Positions 9,387-16,797 of a stretch of 27,791 nucleotides of DNA are shown one piece after another. Each line of letters starts with the position of its first letter. The stretch's first letter is position 1. Both the position numbers and the translations under genes were made by a program. Origin of the DNA: Bdellovibrionia bacterium (GTDB taxonomy: Bacteria; Bdellovibrionota; UBA1018); contig JBJMMA010000068.1 in NCBI GenBank assembly GCA_045805065.1, positions 1 to 27,791 of the forward strand, given 5' to 3'. A model generated the notes under the pieces. It was not told the origin of the DNA and ran no database searches. It worked only from the letters and a program-made list of their open reading frames with translations.

Positions 9387-10430
9387 ATGAACGATACTAT
9401 TAAAAAGTTACTTCAAAGCACCTTCGCGGTTGCTATCACTTTGGGTGCGGTCGGAGCACAAGCTCGCCAAAGCCACTGGATGGATCGCAATGACGATCGC
9501 ATTCGCAACGGCGAGATCGTGAATCTCGGCGAAGTCATGATCGGCAATTCCGACCACCACTTTGATGCCGACACCTTGGATCTTTTCAACAATCCACGCA
9601 TTCAATGCCGCCTGACGCACATCAAACTGAGCGCTTTCAGCGACAGCGTCATGATCACTCGTATTCAGGTTGAATACCGCGACGCCGATCAATACGGAAA
9701 GTACAGCGACTCCATCGAACTGAACGATGGACCTGGCTATGGTAATGGCCACGGAAATGGCATGTATCTCGATTCAGGCAAGTCCACGGGCTGGCTCGAT
9801 GTGGATGATGTTGTCGATGGTCACGCTGATGGTCGTTGCATCAAGAGCATCCGCGTTTATGGCATCGACACCCCAGACTATAACGATGGTCACGGTGGTT
9901 ACTATGGTCCGGGCCATGGACACGGTCATGGCGGCCCCGGTTATGGAAATGGACACGGTCATGGCGGCAATGGCGACAACTTCCGTCCGGCACGCGTTCG
10001 CGTCGATGGCTTGGTAGGTCGCGGCCATCATCACGAAGAGCCACCTCACCACGAACCTCCGTACCATCAGCCTTCCCACGGTAGCTATAAGTACTCGTTC
10101 CTTGGAACGACGGGATTGCTCCCAAAGCTCGTGCCTCAATTCCGCACCATCAACGTGGGCAGAAACCAAGGCCGCTTTGACGGGATCAAGTTGATTGCAA
10201 AAGATGACGCTTTTGAAGTCAAATCGGTGGAAATCATTTTCTCCAACGGCCAACGCATCCGTCAGGAAAACCTCCAACTCATGGAAGGCCAAGAAATCTA
10301 CATTGATTTCGACAACTACAGCCATGGACACTCGGATGGCGATCGTTTCGTCGACCAAGTCGTGGTCTTTGGCGATGCTTCGAATCCTTTCGGATCGAAG
10401 GCCCAGCTTGAGGTTTGGGGAGGACGTTAA
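9387..10430 (+). CDS. Secreted His/Gly-rich protein with an internal domain duplication. Possibly metal-binding.
   Basis: Signal peptide MNDTIKKLLQSTFAVAITLGAVGAQA. The central low-complexity region contains GYGNGHGNG...GPGHGHGHGGPGYGNGHGHGGNG...GHHHEEPPHHEPPYHQPSHG. The N- and C-terminal ~90-aa segments are homologous to each other. RBS AGGGAAAG. Confidence 0.7.
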   Translation: MNDTIKKLLQSTFAVAITLGAVGAQARQSHWMDRNDDRIRNGEIVNLGEVMIGNSDHHFDADTLDLFNNPRIQCRLTHIKLSAFSDSVMITRIQVEYRDADQYGKYSDSIELNDGPGYGNGHGNGMYLDSGKSTGWLDVDDVVDGHADGRCIKSIRVYGIDTPDYNDGHGGYYGPGHGHGHGGPGYGNGHGHGGNGDNFRPARVRVDGLVGRGHHHEEPPHHEPPYHQPSHGSYKYSFLGTTGLLPKLVPQFRTINVGRNQGRFDGIKLIAKDDAFEVKSVEIIFSNGQRIRQENLQLMEGQEIYIDFDNYSHGHSDGDRFVDQVVVFGDASNPFGSKAQLEVWGGR

Positions 10431-10464
10431 TTCCGTCTTTCTAATCAAGCTCTTATCCTTGAAA

Positions 10465-10507
10465 GGCCCCACCTCGATGATAAGCGAGGCGGGGCCTTTC
10501 CTTTTGG
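10465..10507 (+). terminator. Rho-independent terminator.
   Basis: GGCCCCACCTCG-atgataag-CGAGGCGGGGCC forms an 11/12-paired stem. It is followed by TTTCCTTTTGG. Confidence 0.7.
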
Positions 10508-10533
10508 ACCCCTTTCGGATATAACGCACTGCG

Positions 10534-11157
10534 ATGAAAACTAGCTCTCACTACCTATTCCACTCCCGCAATCCATTCATCGCCATCGCAATCATGGCAT
10601 CGGCAGCACTCTTTAGCGGATGCCATCCCAACTTTCACGAAGTGGACCCTGGGAAACTCTATCGCTCGGCCCAACTCTCCGGCGAGGAACTCGATCACGC
10701 CATTCACCAGCTCGGGATTCGCACCGTGATCAACCTGCGCGGCGAAGACCTCAACTCAGATTGGTATAAAGCTGAAGCTCAGGTCACGCAGACGGATGGA
10801 GTCAAACTCATCAACATTGCGATGAGCGCTAAACGTCTTCCTCATCGCAATGACTTGATTGCCCTTCTTGATGCTTTTGAAAAAGCAGAGCGCCCTATCC
10901 TTGTTCACTGTCAGGCAGGAGCAGATCGCACGGGAGAAGCCTCTGCCATTTACGAGATGGAATACATGGGAAAATCGCGTGAGGAAGCCCTCGAGATGCT
11001 GACCTTAAAATATGACCATCTCGAGCTTGCGGCCCCTGCCAAACGTTACTTCATCAACCTGTACGGCGGAAAAGATTGGGCCTATCACACCTATGATCCG
11101 TGCGTGCAGAGCTACAAGTATTACGACCAGCAGAAGTTCTGCAGCTCAAAGAATTAA
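10534..11157 (+). CDS. Lipoprotein protein-tyrosine or dual-specificity phosphatase (tyrosine phosphatase family, CX5R).
   Basis: Signal peptide plus lipobox ...AALFSGC. Active-site P-loop VHCQAGADRTGE matches HCx5R. The arrangement YRSAQL...TVINLR is typical of the SIW14-like PTP family. The 3' end overlaps queA by 12 bp in convergent orientation. Confidence 0.75.
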   Translation: MKTSSHYLFHSRNPFIAIAIMASAALFSGCHPNFHEVDPGKLYRSAQLSGEELDHAIHQLGIRTVINLRGEDLNSDWYKAEAQVTQTDGVKLINIAMSAKRLPHRNDLIALLDAFEKAERPILVHCQAGADRTGEASAIYEMEYMGKSREEALEMLTLKYDHLELAAPAKRYFINLYGGKDWAYHTYDPCVQSYKYYDQQKFCSSKN

Positions 11158-12252
11158 CATCGCATCGCCGTAACTGAAGAAGCGATACTCTTGCTTGACC
11201 GCATCTCGATACGCGTCCAGCACCAGATCACGTCCGGCAAACGACGACACAAGCATCAGAAGCGTTGATTTCGGCAGATGGAAATTAGTTAAAAGCCGAT
11301 CCACGACTTTCCATTGATGGATTCCAGGCCGGATGAAAATCGATGTGCGTCCGGGACCACTCTTGAGATGATCTCCTGACCAGGCGCTCTCGAGCGTGCG
11401 AACGGATGTAGTTCCCACGGCAAGGATTCTTTTTCCGGAGCGCTTGGCCTCGGTAATATGCGATGCAGCCTCAGGCGAAATCTCATATCGCTCTTCATGC
11501 ATCACATGCTTGCTGATATCGGGATCTTTGACGGGACGAAACGTACCTAAACCCACATGAAGCGTAAGCTCTTCCCAGGTGACTCCTTTGTCACGCAGGC
11601 CTGACATCACGCGGTCTGTGAAATGAAGGCCCGCGGTGGGAGCTGCGGCCGAACCGTAGTGGCGCGCGTACAGGGTCTGATAATTCTGCTCATCGCCTTG
11701 TTCAGGCTTCTCGCGCTGAATGTAATGAGGAAGCGGAAGTTCGCCTGCCCCGCTCTCAATCGGATCGCGATCAAAACGCGCAACGACGGTGCCGCTTGGG
11801 GACTCGGCCGATCCGCGAACGAGCTCACCCCTGAGTCCTTTACCGTCCGGAGTGGGAATCTCAAACCTGAGCCCTCGAACGTATTTTGCGCTGGCATGAA
11901 AGAGCCCTTCCCAGGTCAGAGACTCAAGCTCTTCCAGCATCACGAATTCGACTTTTCCGCCGAGGACCCACTTCCCTGGCTTTTCCTCGCGGAGGCGATG
12001 CCCGAGCAGACGCGCCTTCATCACGCGAGTATTGTTCGCCACAACGACATCCTTCGAATCCAGATAGTCGGGCAAGTCGGTGAAGCGACGATGCTCCCAG
12101 CGCTTCTCCGCGCGGTGAATGACCAGAAGGCGCGAGGAGTCGCGAGGTTCGGCTGGCTTCTGAGCAATCAGTCTTTCAGGAAGCTCATAATCGTAAGCAT
12201 CCAGAAGGGCATCCAACTGATCAGGCGACTTGGATTCGTTTGAATGAGTCAT
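11146..12252 (-). CDS. queA: S-adenosylmethionine:tRNA ribosyltransferase-isomerase.
   Basis: N-terminus YDYELPERLIAQKPAEPRDSSRLLV, C-terminus FFSYGDAMLI, 368 aa. Confidence 0.9.
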   Translation of the reverse strand: MTHSNESKSPDQLDALLDAYDYELPERLIAQKPAEPRDSSRLLVIHRAEKRWEHRRFTDLPDYLDSKDVVVANNTRVMKARLLGHRLREEKPGKWVLGGKVEFVMLEELESLTWEGLFHASAKYVRGLRFEIPTPDGKGLRGELVRGSAESPSGTVVARFDRDPIESGAGELPLPHYIQREKPEQGDEQNYQTLYARHYGSAAAPTAGLHFTDRVMSGLRDKGVTWEELTLHVGLGTFRPVKDPDISKHVMHEERYEISPEAASHITEAKRSGKRILAVGTTSVRTLESAWSGDHLKSGPGRTSIFIRPGIHQWKVVDRLLTNFHLPKSTLLMLVSSFAGRDLVLDAYRDAVKQEYRFFSYGDAMLIL

Positions 12253-12267
12253 AGGCGTGGCGCTGGT

Positions 12268-13557
12268 TTACCACAATTTCTGCAAGAGCGCGTCTGGGTA
12301 ATAGTGTTTTAAGATCGCAATGCTCGTATAGCCCTTCTCACCCATGAATTTGGCTCCAAGCTGGCACATTCCAACACCATGGCCATTGCCCCGTCCGCTC
12401 AATTGAAAGATCTGCGCCCCTTTTTCAAGTCCCAGGTAAATCTGAAAGGACGTGCTTTTGAGCCGTCCGGGCCCGATCCATTCGCGAAACTTAGGTGCGC
12501 TCAGCGGCAGCTCCATTCGATTGCCTGCCCAGAGCCAGACCGAGCGAACGGATAGCATACGAGAAAGGGAAACTGCGCCGGGCTTCAGATCGACAAGCTG
12601 CCCTTCCTGAATGATCCGCCGCCATTGCTTCGGCCATCCCGACTGCGCTCCATCTTCCAGGGCTCCCTGTCGAAGAAGTTTTTCGGCCTCAGTGGAAGTC
12701 AGGTTCAAGTTCCAGGCAAGCTTTGCATTGCCGGCGCAATAAGGACACGCCACGCGGTGCTTGAAGCCAGGAAACGAGTTGCCCCACACGTCCTGAGGCA
12801 ATTGGGTTTGCCCCGCACAGCTTGAGCTATAGAAGGCCTTGATCGGCGCAAGGCCTCCCGATCCATTCTTGGCAAGCAGGACCATGCCACGGGTTTTTTC
12901 GACGGCTCGCGAGCCACGATAATCCTCGCTGACATATCCATCGTAGACTTGATCTCTGACCGTTGCGTCGACGTCGTACCGGGGTTCCCTTCCCAAACGC
13001 CGCGCCTTCTCGTGGGCCTGGCGAATCTGATAGAGAGCATAGGTTCGCGCTGCAATGACCTGGGCCTGCACCGCTTCCGCGCTCCACTGAGAGGAGAACT
13101 CAGCGTTCACAAGTCCGCCTAAGTATTTTTCAATATCGAGCTCATTAACGACTTCGCAAAGTGATCCGACCGAGTGAATGCGGATCTCATCCCGATAAGG
13201 TTTTCCATGATAGTGAATCATGCCCGCGGGAGATTGAATGCTCACAGGCCCCTTGAGCGTGAGCGTTGCGCCCCCATCTGCTGGAATCGCACGGATGCGT
13301 CCGTCCTGGCAGCGAAACGTCCACTCACTGGACTGGGATGGCGCACTTGCCAGCGTGCGAGATGCGCTTTGGAAAATTCTCAGATCAAATCCACGAATCG
13401 CCACTTTTGAAGCAGACTCAGAGAGCCTGACGCGAATGCGTGCAGGCCCAGTGCTTTGACTCGGCGGAATAAGTGACGCCTCAGCGCTGCAAATGGACAA
13501 AAAAAATGGAATGACTGAAACAGTCTGGAAAATCAGCTTCCTGCCGATGTTTTTCAT
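12268..13557 (-). CDS. SpoIID/LytB-domain protein (amidase activator-like), secreted.
   Basis: Signal peptide. Contains the SpoIID motif AEAVQAQVIAARTYALYQ and the C-terminal GHGVGMCQLGA. It lies 15 bp upstream of queA on the same strand, so the two are probably an operon. Confidence 0.8.
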   Translation of the reverse strand: MKNIGRKLIFQTVSVIPFFLSICSAEASLIPPSQSTGPARIRVRLSESASKVAIRGFDLRIFQSASRTLASAPSQSSEWTFRCQDGRIRAIPADGGATLTLKGPVSIQSPAGMIHYHGKPYRDEIRIHSVGSLCEVVNELDIEKYLGGLVNAEFSSQWSAEAVQAQVIAARTYALYQIRQAHEKARRLGREPRYDVDATVRDQVYDGYVSEDYRGSRAVEKTRGMVLLAKNGSGGLAPIKAFYSSSCAGQTQLPQDVWGNSFPGFKHRVACPYCAGNAKLAWNLNLTSTEAEKLLRQGALEDGAQSGWPKQWRRIIQEGQLVDLKPGAVSLSRMLSVRSVWLWAGNRMELPLSAPKFREWIGPGRLKSTSFQIYLGLEKGAQIFQLSGRGNGHGVGMCQLGAKFMGEKGYTSIAILKHYYPDALLQKLW

Positions 13558-13702
13558 GAATTGTTCCCGAGGCTTCCTGCCTCTGTCCTATTATGGCGCA
13601 ATTTTCTCGGCGCATCATCTCCATTCTTACTGACTCAACTTAGTCAACGTTTTGACGAAATTCGCTTAACGAACTTAAATTCCCGTGATTCAATGGCAGC
13701 AG

Positions 13703-15406
13703 ATGAGACGGAACTCTTCGCTGGCAAACCTAGGATTGGCATTCATCGCTTCTCTGCTCATTCATGCGCCCTCTTCGCAAGCAGATGCAACTCCAGACGG
13801 TCCAAATTGGAGCGAAGGAGCTCCGGTTTCAGTCGAAGGAAACGCAAATCGCTACGGACTCGCACCTACTGAATACAATCAATCGGTCCGCGCAGGAAAA
13901 CTTCATACTCAGGTCTACCCTGTTGAGGTGACCGGAATTCTTCCCCCCTTCAAGCCATTTGCGGCTGCAATGAATGGGGATTCCGAAAATCCACTGAGCA
14001 AAATTTTCCACTCGCTGGTTGGCAGCGTCGGGAAATTGAAATCGCTTGAAGACGTCCTGGACTGGTTGGGTCTGCATCCTTATCCCACGTCCGAGGACAC
14101 TGGAGTTTACACTTTCCCGTCCGCCGAAGAAGCACGGATCCCGGCGCATCGTGTAGGATTTGGAACGATCTCGTCACCCAATGGCGATGGCGAAGGATTC
14201 TCCATCAGCTGCGCAGCCTGCCACTCTTCAAGACTTTTCGGAAAAACAGTTCTGGGAATGACCAATCGTTTTGTCAAAGCGAACGAAGTTTTTCTGCTCG
14301 CCAAAGTGGGTACTCATCTCGTTACTCCACATATGTTGAAAACATTTGCCGGCGCTGACGCTGGCGAGATGAAGCTCTACTCGCGCGTTCAGAAAAATCT
14401 CGCATACGTTGGAGCAAAGCAGCCGGTATCGCTTGGACTCGATACTTCGCTTGCTCAAGTCGCGCTCTCTCTGGACCATCGTGCGCCAGATGATTATGCT
14501 GAAAAAGACCCACGCTACAGCCTGCGTCCTCGTCCGGACATGCTCACCTCTCAAGTGGCTGACAGCAAGCCTGCCGTGTGGTGGAACCTCAAGTATAAAA
14601 ACCGCTGGCTTTCGGATGGATCCGTCATCTCCGGAAACCCGATCTACACCAATATTCTTTGGAATGAGATTGGGCGCGGAACGGATCTTCATGAACTAGA
14701 GCGATGGTTCGAACAAAACCAGAGCGTGATTCGAGATCTGACGAGCGCCGTCTTCTCAACGGAGGCGCCACGCTTTACGGATTTCTTCCCTGCTGAGCAA
14801 TTTGATATCGCTGCAGCCAAGCGCGGCGAAGGGGTCTATCGTCAACGCTGCGCTCGCTGCCACGGTAATTACGACAAGGTCTGGAGCCTGGATATTGCTC
14901 AGGGCTTGCCGCTAGTGGATCAGCTGAGAACCTGGCGCGTGCGCTATCACGATCAGACTCCTGTAGTGGATGTGGGCACAGATCCGGGTCGCAGGCTTGG
15001 GATGGCTCCGCTTGAGCGTCTGAACGATCTTGCGATCTCAAAGAAGATCGGTGTCGTGATTCAGAAGCAGGATGGCTATGTACCACCACCGCTCGTTGGA
15101 ATCTGGGCCCGCTGGCCTTACTTCCACAACAATTCGGTTCCCTCGCTCTGCGCGGTTCTCACTCGCCATGAGATGCGCCCCGAGAAATATTCCGCGGTTG
15201 AAGCAGATGATCCGGCACGCGACTTTGACAGCGACTGCAACGGCTATCCTGGTCAGCCGGTCAGCAAGGTTCGAAGTATTTTTGATACCTCACGGCCAGG
15301 GATGCGAAACACCGGCCATGATGAGGGAATCTTCCTGAAAAACGGGAAAGAGCTTTTGACTCGCGAAAACAAGGAAGACTTGATTCGTTTTCTTCAGACA
15401 CTCTAA
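13703..15406 (+). CDS. Secreted c-type cytochrome with two CxxCH heme-binding motifs, family unassigned.
   Basis: Signal peptide MRRNSSLANLGLAFIASLLIHAPSSQA. The motifs are CAACH and CARCH, about 215 aa apart. An alternative GTG start exists at 13685. About 567 aa. Confidence 0.7.
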   Translation: MRRNSSLANLGLAFIASLLIHAPSSQADATPDGPNWSEGAPVSVEGNANRYGLAPTEYNQSVRAGKLHTQVYPVEVTGILPPFKPFAAAMNGDSENPLSKIFHSLVGSVGKLKSLEDVLDWLGLHPYPTSEDTGVYTFPSAEEARIPAHRVGFGTISSPNGDGEGFSISCAACHSSRLFGKTVLGMTNRFVKANEVFLLAKVGTHLVTPHMLKTFAGADAGEMKLYSRVQKNLAYVGAKQPVSLGLDTSLAQVALSLDHRAPDDYAEKDPRYSLRPRPDMLTSQVADSKPAVWWNLKYKNRWLSDGSVISGNPIYTNILWNEIGRGTDLHELERWFEQNQSVIRDLTSAVFSTEAPRFTDFFPAEQFDIAAAKRGEGVYRQRCARCHGNYDKVWSLDIAQGLPLVDQLRTWRVRYHDQTPVVDVGTDPGRRLGMAPLERLNDLAISKKIGVVIQKQDGYVPPPLVGIWARWPYFHNNSVPSLCAVLTRHEMRPEKYSAVEADDPARDFDSDCNGYPGQPVSKVRSIFDTSRPGMRNTGHDEGIFLKNGKELLTRENKEDLIRFLQTL

Positions 15407-15414
15407 TTGGCACT

Positions 15415-16020
15415 TTAATTTGCGTAAGCAAGTTCCTGAGCTTCGCGACGGATCTGATAGACGCCCGAGTGGATGTTCTTCACATAGCGCTTCACGGAAG
15501 CCGGATTTGGCTTATGCTTGCGGCTCATACGATTGAACTTGGTCGGGCCCATGTTGTAAGCAGCCAGGTAAGAGTGCGACTTGGTGTATTTGCCGCGAAG
15601 ATAAGAAAGATATGCAATGCCTACGGAGAGATTCACCGTCGGATTGTGAAGGTCCTGCGCGTGATGGTAGGTGCGGATGCCTTCTTTCTTTGCAATGAAT
15701 CCGGCTGTTTTCGGCATGATCTGCATCAAGCCAACCGCGCCCACAGAAGAGGTCGCGTCCTTATCGAAGCTGCTTTCAGTTGCGATCAGGGAAAGAACTG
15801 AAGAGACAGAGAAACCATATTTGCGGCAAAGCTTGAAGAGATGAGTCGTCAAGCCATGGACCTGGACTGAATTCATTCCATCCATGCGCTCTGAGAGAAG
15901 CGCTTCGACTTCGCGAACATTCATGTCTTCGGCATTAGCGTTGAGGTTCGTTGCATGGAAGCTCGAGATCGCCATGCCGATTGCCAAGCTGAGAATCGAG
16001 ATCGATTGGATGTACTTCAT
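15415..16020 (-). CDS. Lytic transglycosylase (SLT domain, MltE/EmtA-like).
   Basis: Start at MKYIQSISILSLAIG, with AGGAGA about 8 nt upstream. The SLT motifs are ESSFDKDATSSVGAVGLMQIMPKTA and AAYNMG. The tracker ORF extends to 16203, but the upstream part has no RBS or signal logic. Confidence 0.8.
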   Translation of the reverse strand: MKYIQSISILSLAIGMAISSFHATNLNANAEDMNVREVEALLSERMDGMNSVQVHGLTTHLFKLCRKYGFSVSSVLSLIATESSFDKDATSSVGAVGLMQIMPKTAGFIAKKEGIRTYHHAQDLHNPTVNLSVGIAYLSYLRGKYTKSHSYLAAYNMGPTKFNRMSRKHKPNPASVKRYVKNIHSGVYQIRREAQELAYAN

Positions 16021-16064
16021 AATTCGGGTTCTCCTGCTATCGAATGCTTTTCTGCATCCGACAC

Positions 16065-16092
16065 TTACTAGATAGAGCACCGAACGTGCCAA
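16065..16092 (-). promoter_or_regulatory. Candidate sigma70-type promoter for the SLT gene (TTGGCA-N16-TAGTAA on the minus strand).
   Basis: Reverse complement of 16087-16092 is TTGGCA. There is a 16-nt spacer. Reverse complement of 16065-16070 is TAGTAA. This sits about 45 bp upstream of the ATG. Confidence 0.3.
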
Positions 16093-16458
16093 ACGACCCC
16101 CCAACAACCATCGATTCTCATTGGTGAATTGATACTGGAGCGCAATTGACACATTGAATATACGTGCAGTGCCGTCAAAAAGTTGTCCAGTTTTTCCACT
16201 CACGTCGTTTAATTATGAGTTCTCTCATCTCGCTGAGCTCGTTTTTATCGATGCGTCAGTGCCGATTTAAAAGAAAACAGTGAATAGAATGTCGAAAATC
16301 GAGGCATCTTCGCATCACCGTGTCTTTCACGACACAGTCAGAGTGCCCTCTACAGACACCGGCAAAACATTCCCGTTCAGAAGATCCGTGATCTTCCGAA
16401 AGGCTTAGTGAGGCCACAACCACACTGGCCCCCGAGAGAAAACACGGAGGATTTCAAA

Positions 16459-16698
16459 ATGGACAAGACGACCAACGCAACTCAGAACGAAATGGAAAAT
16501 TCGGAAGAAAGCGTCTCGACGAATCCGTTCTTTGGTACCGCAAAGAATGTCATGGAACGTTACAATCACTGCACTCTCTGCGGTGCCAACCTCCACTTCA
16601 CCCACGTCACCGACTTCAGCCGCAATCTCACTCAAGAGATCGCCCGCTGCCCTGAGTGCGGCGTGAAGAACCGCCAAGTGCTGCACAAGCTTCAATAA
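16459..16698 (+). CDS. Small zinc-ribbon protein (CxxC...CxxC), 79 aa.
   Basis: Strong RBS ACGGAGGA 8 nt before the ATG at 16459. The protein begins MDKTTNATQNEMENSEE and contains HCTLCG...CPECG. The tracker's GTG start at 16408 is less likely. Confidence 0.6.
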   Translation: MDKTTNATQNEMENSEESVSTNPFFGTAKNVMERYNHCTLCGANLHFTHVTDFSRNLTQEIARCPECGVKNRQVLHKLQ

Positions 16699-16730
16699 AA
16701 ACTTTCTGTCCCACAACCACACAATAAAAA

Positions 16731-16770
16731 GGCCCTGCACTTCAATGAAATGCAGGGCCTTTCTTATTTC
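16731..16770. terminator. Bidirectional Rho-independent terminator between the zinc-ribbon gene (+) and paralog 1 (-).
   Basis: GGCCCTGCA-cttcaatgaaa-TGCAGGGCC with TTTCTTATTT downstream on the + strand. A5 lies upstream, which reads as a T-run on the - strand. Confidence 0.75.
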
Positions 16771-16797
16771 TAGTGGTCTATACTGCTGATCGAGCGA

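Noticed and set aside
9774-10529. 251-aa - strand ORF antisense to the His/Gly-rich protein gene. Also 9727-10017 (+), an out-of-frame Met/Val/Thr-rich ORF.
   Set aside because: These are low-complexity artefacts of the GHG-coding repeat. The sense gene has a signal peptide, an RBS and a terminator.
11623-12243. 206-aa + ORF.
   Set aside because: It lies fully inside queA on the opposite strand. The queA identification is strong.
13561-13872. 103-aa + ORF just upstream of, and overlapping, the cytochrome gene.
   Set aside because: Arg/Ser-rich, no RBS, different frame. It is more likely promoter or leader DNA of the cytochrome gene.
16408-16458. Upstream GTG start for the zinc-ribbon ORF (tracker 16408-16698).
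   Set aside because: The internal ATG at 16459 has a near-consensus GGAGGA SD at ideal spacing. The GTG extension has only a weak SD and would translate through the CCACAACCACAC repeat.
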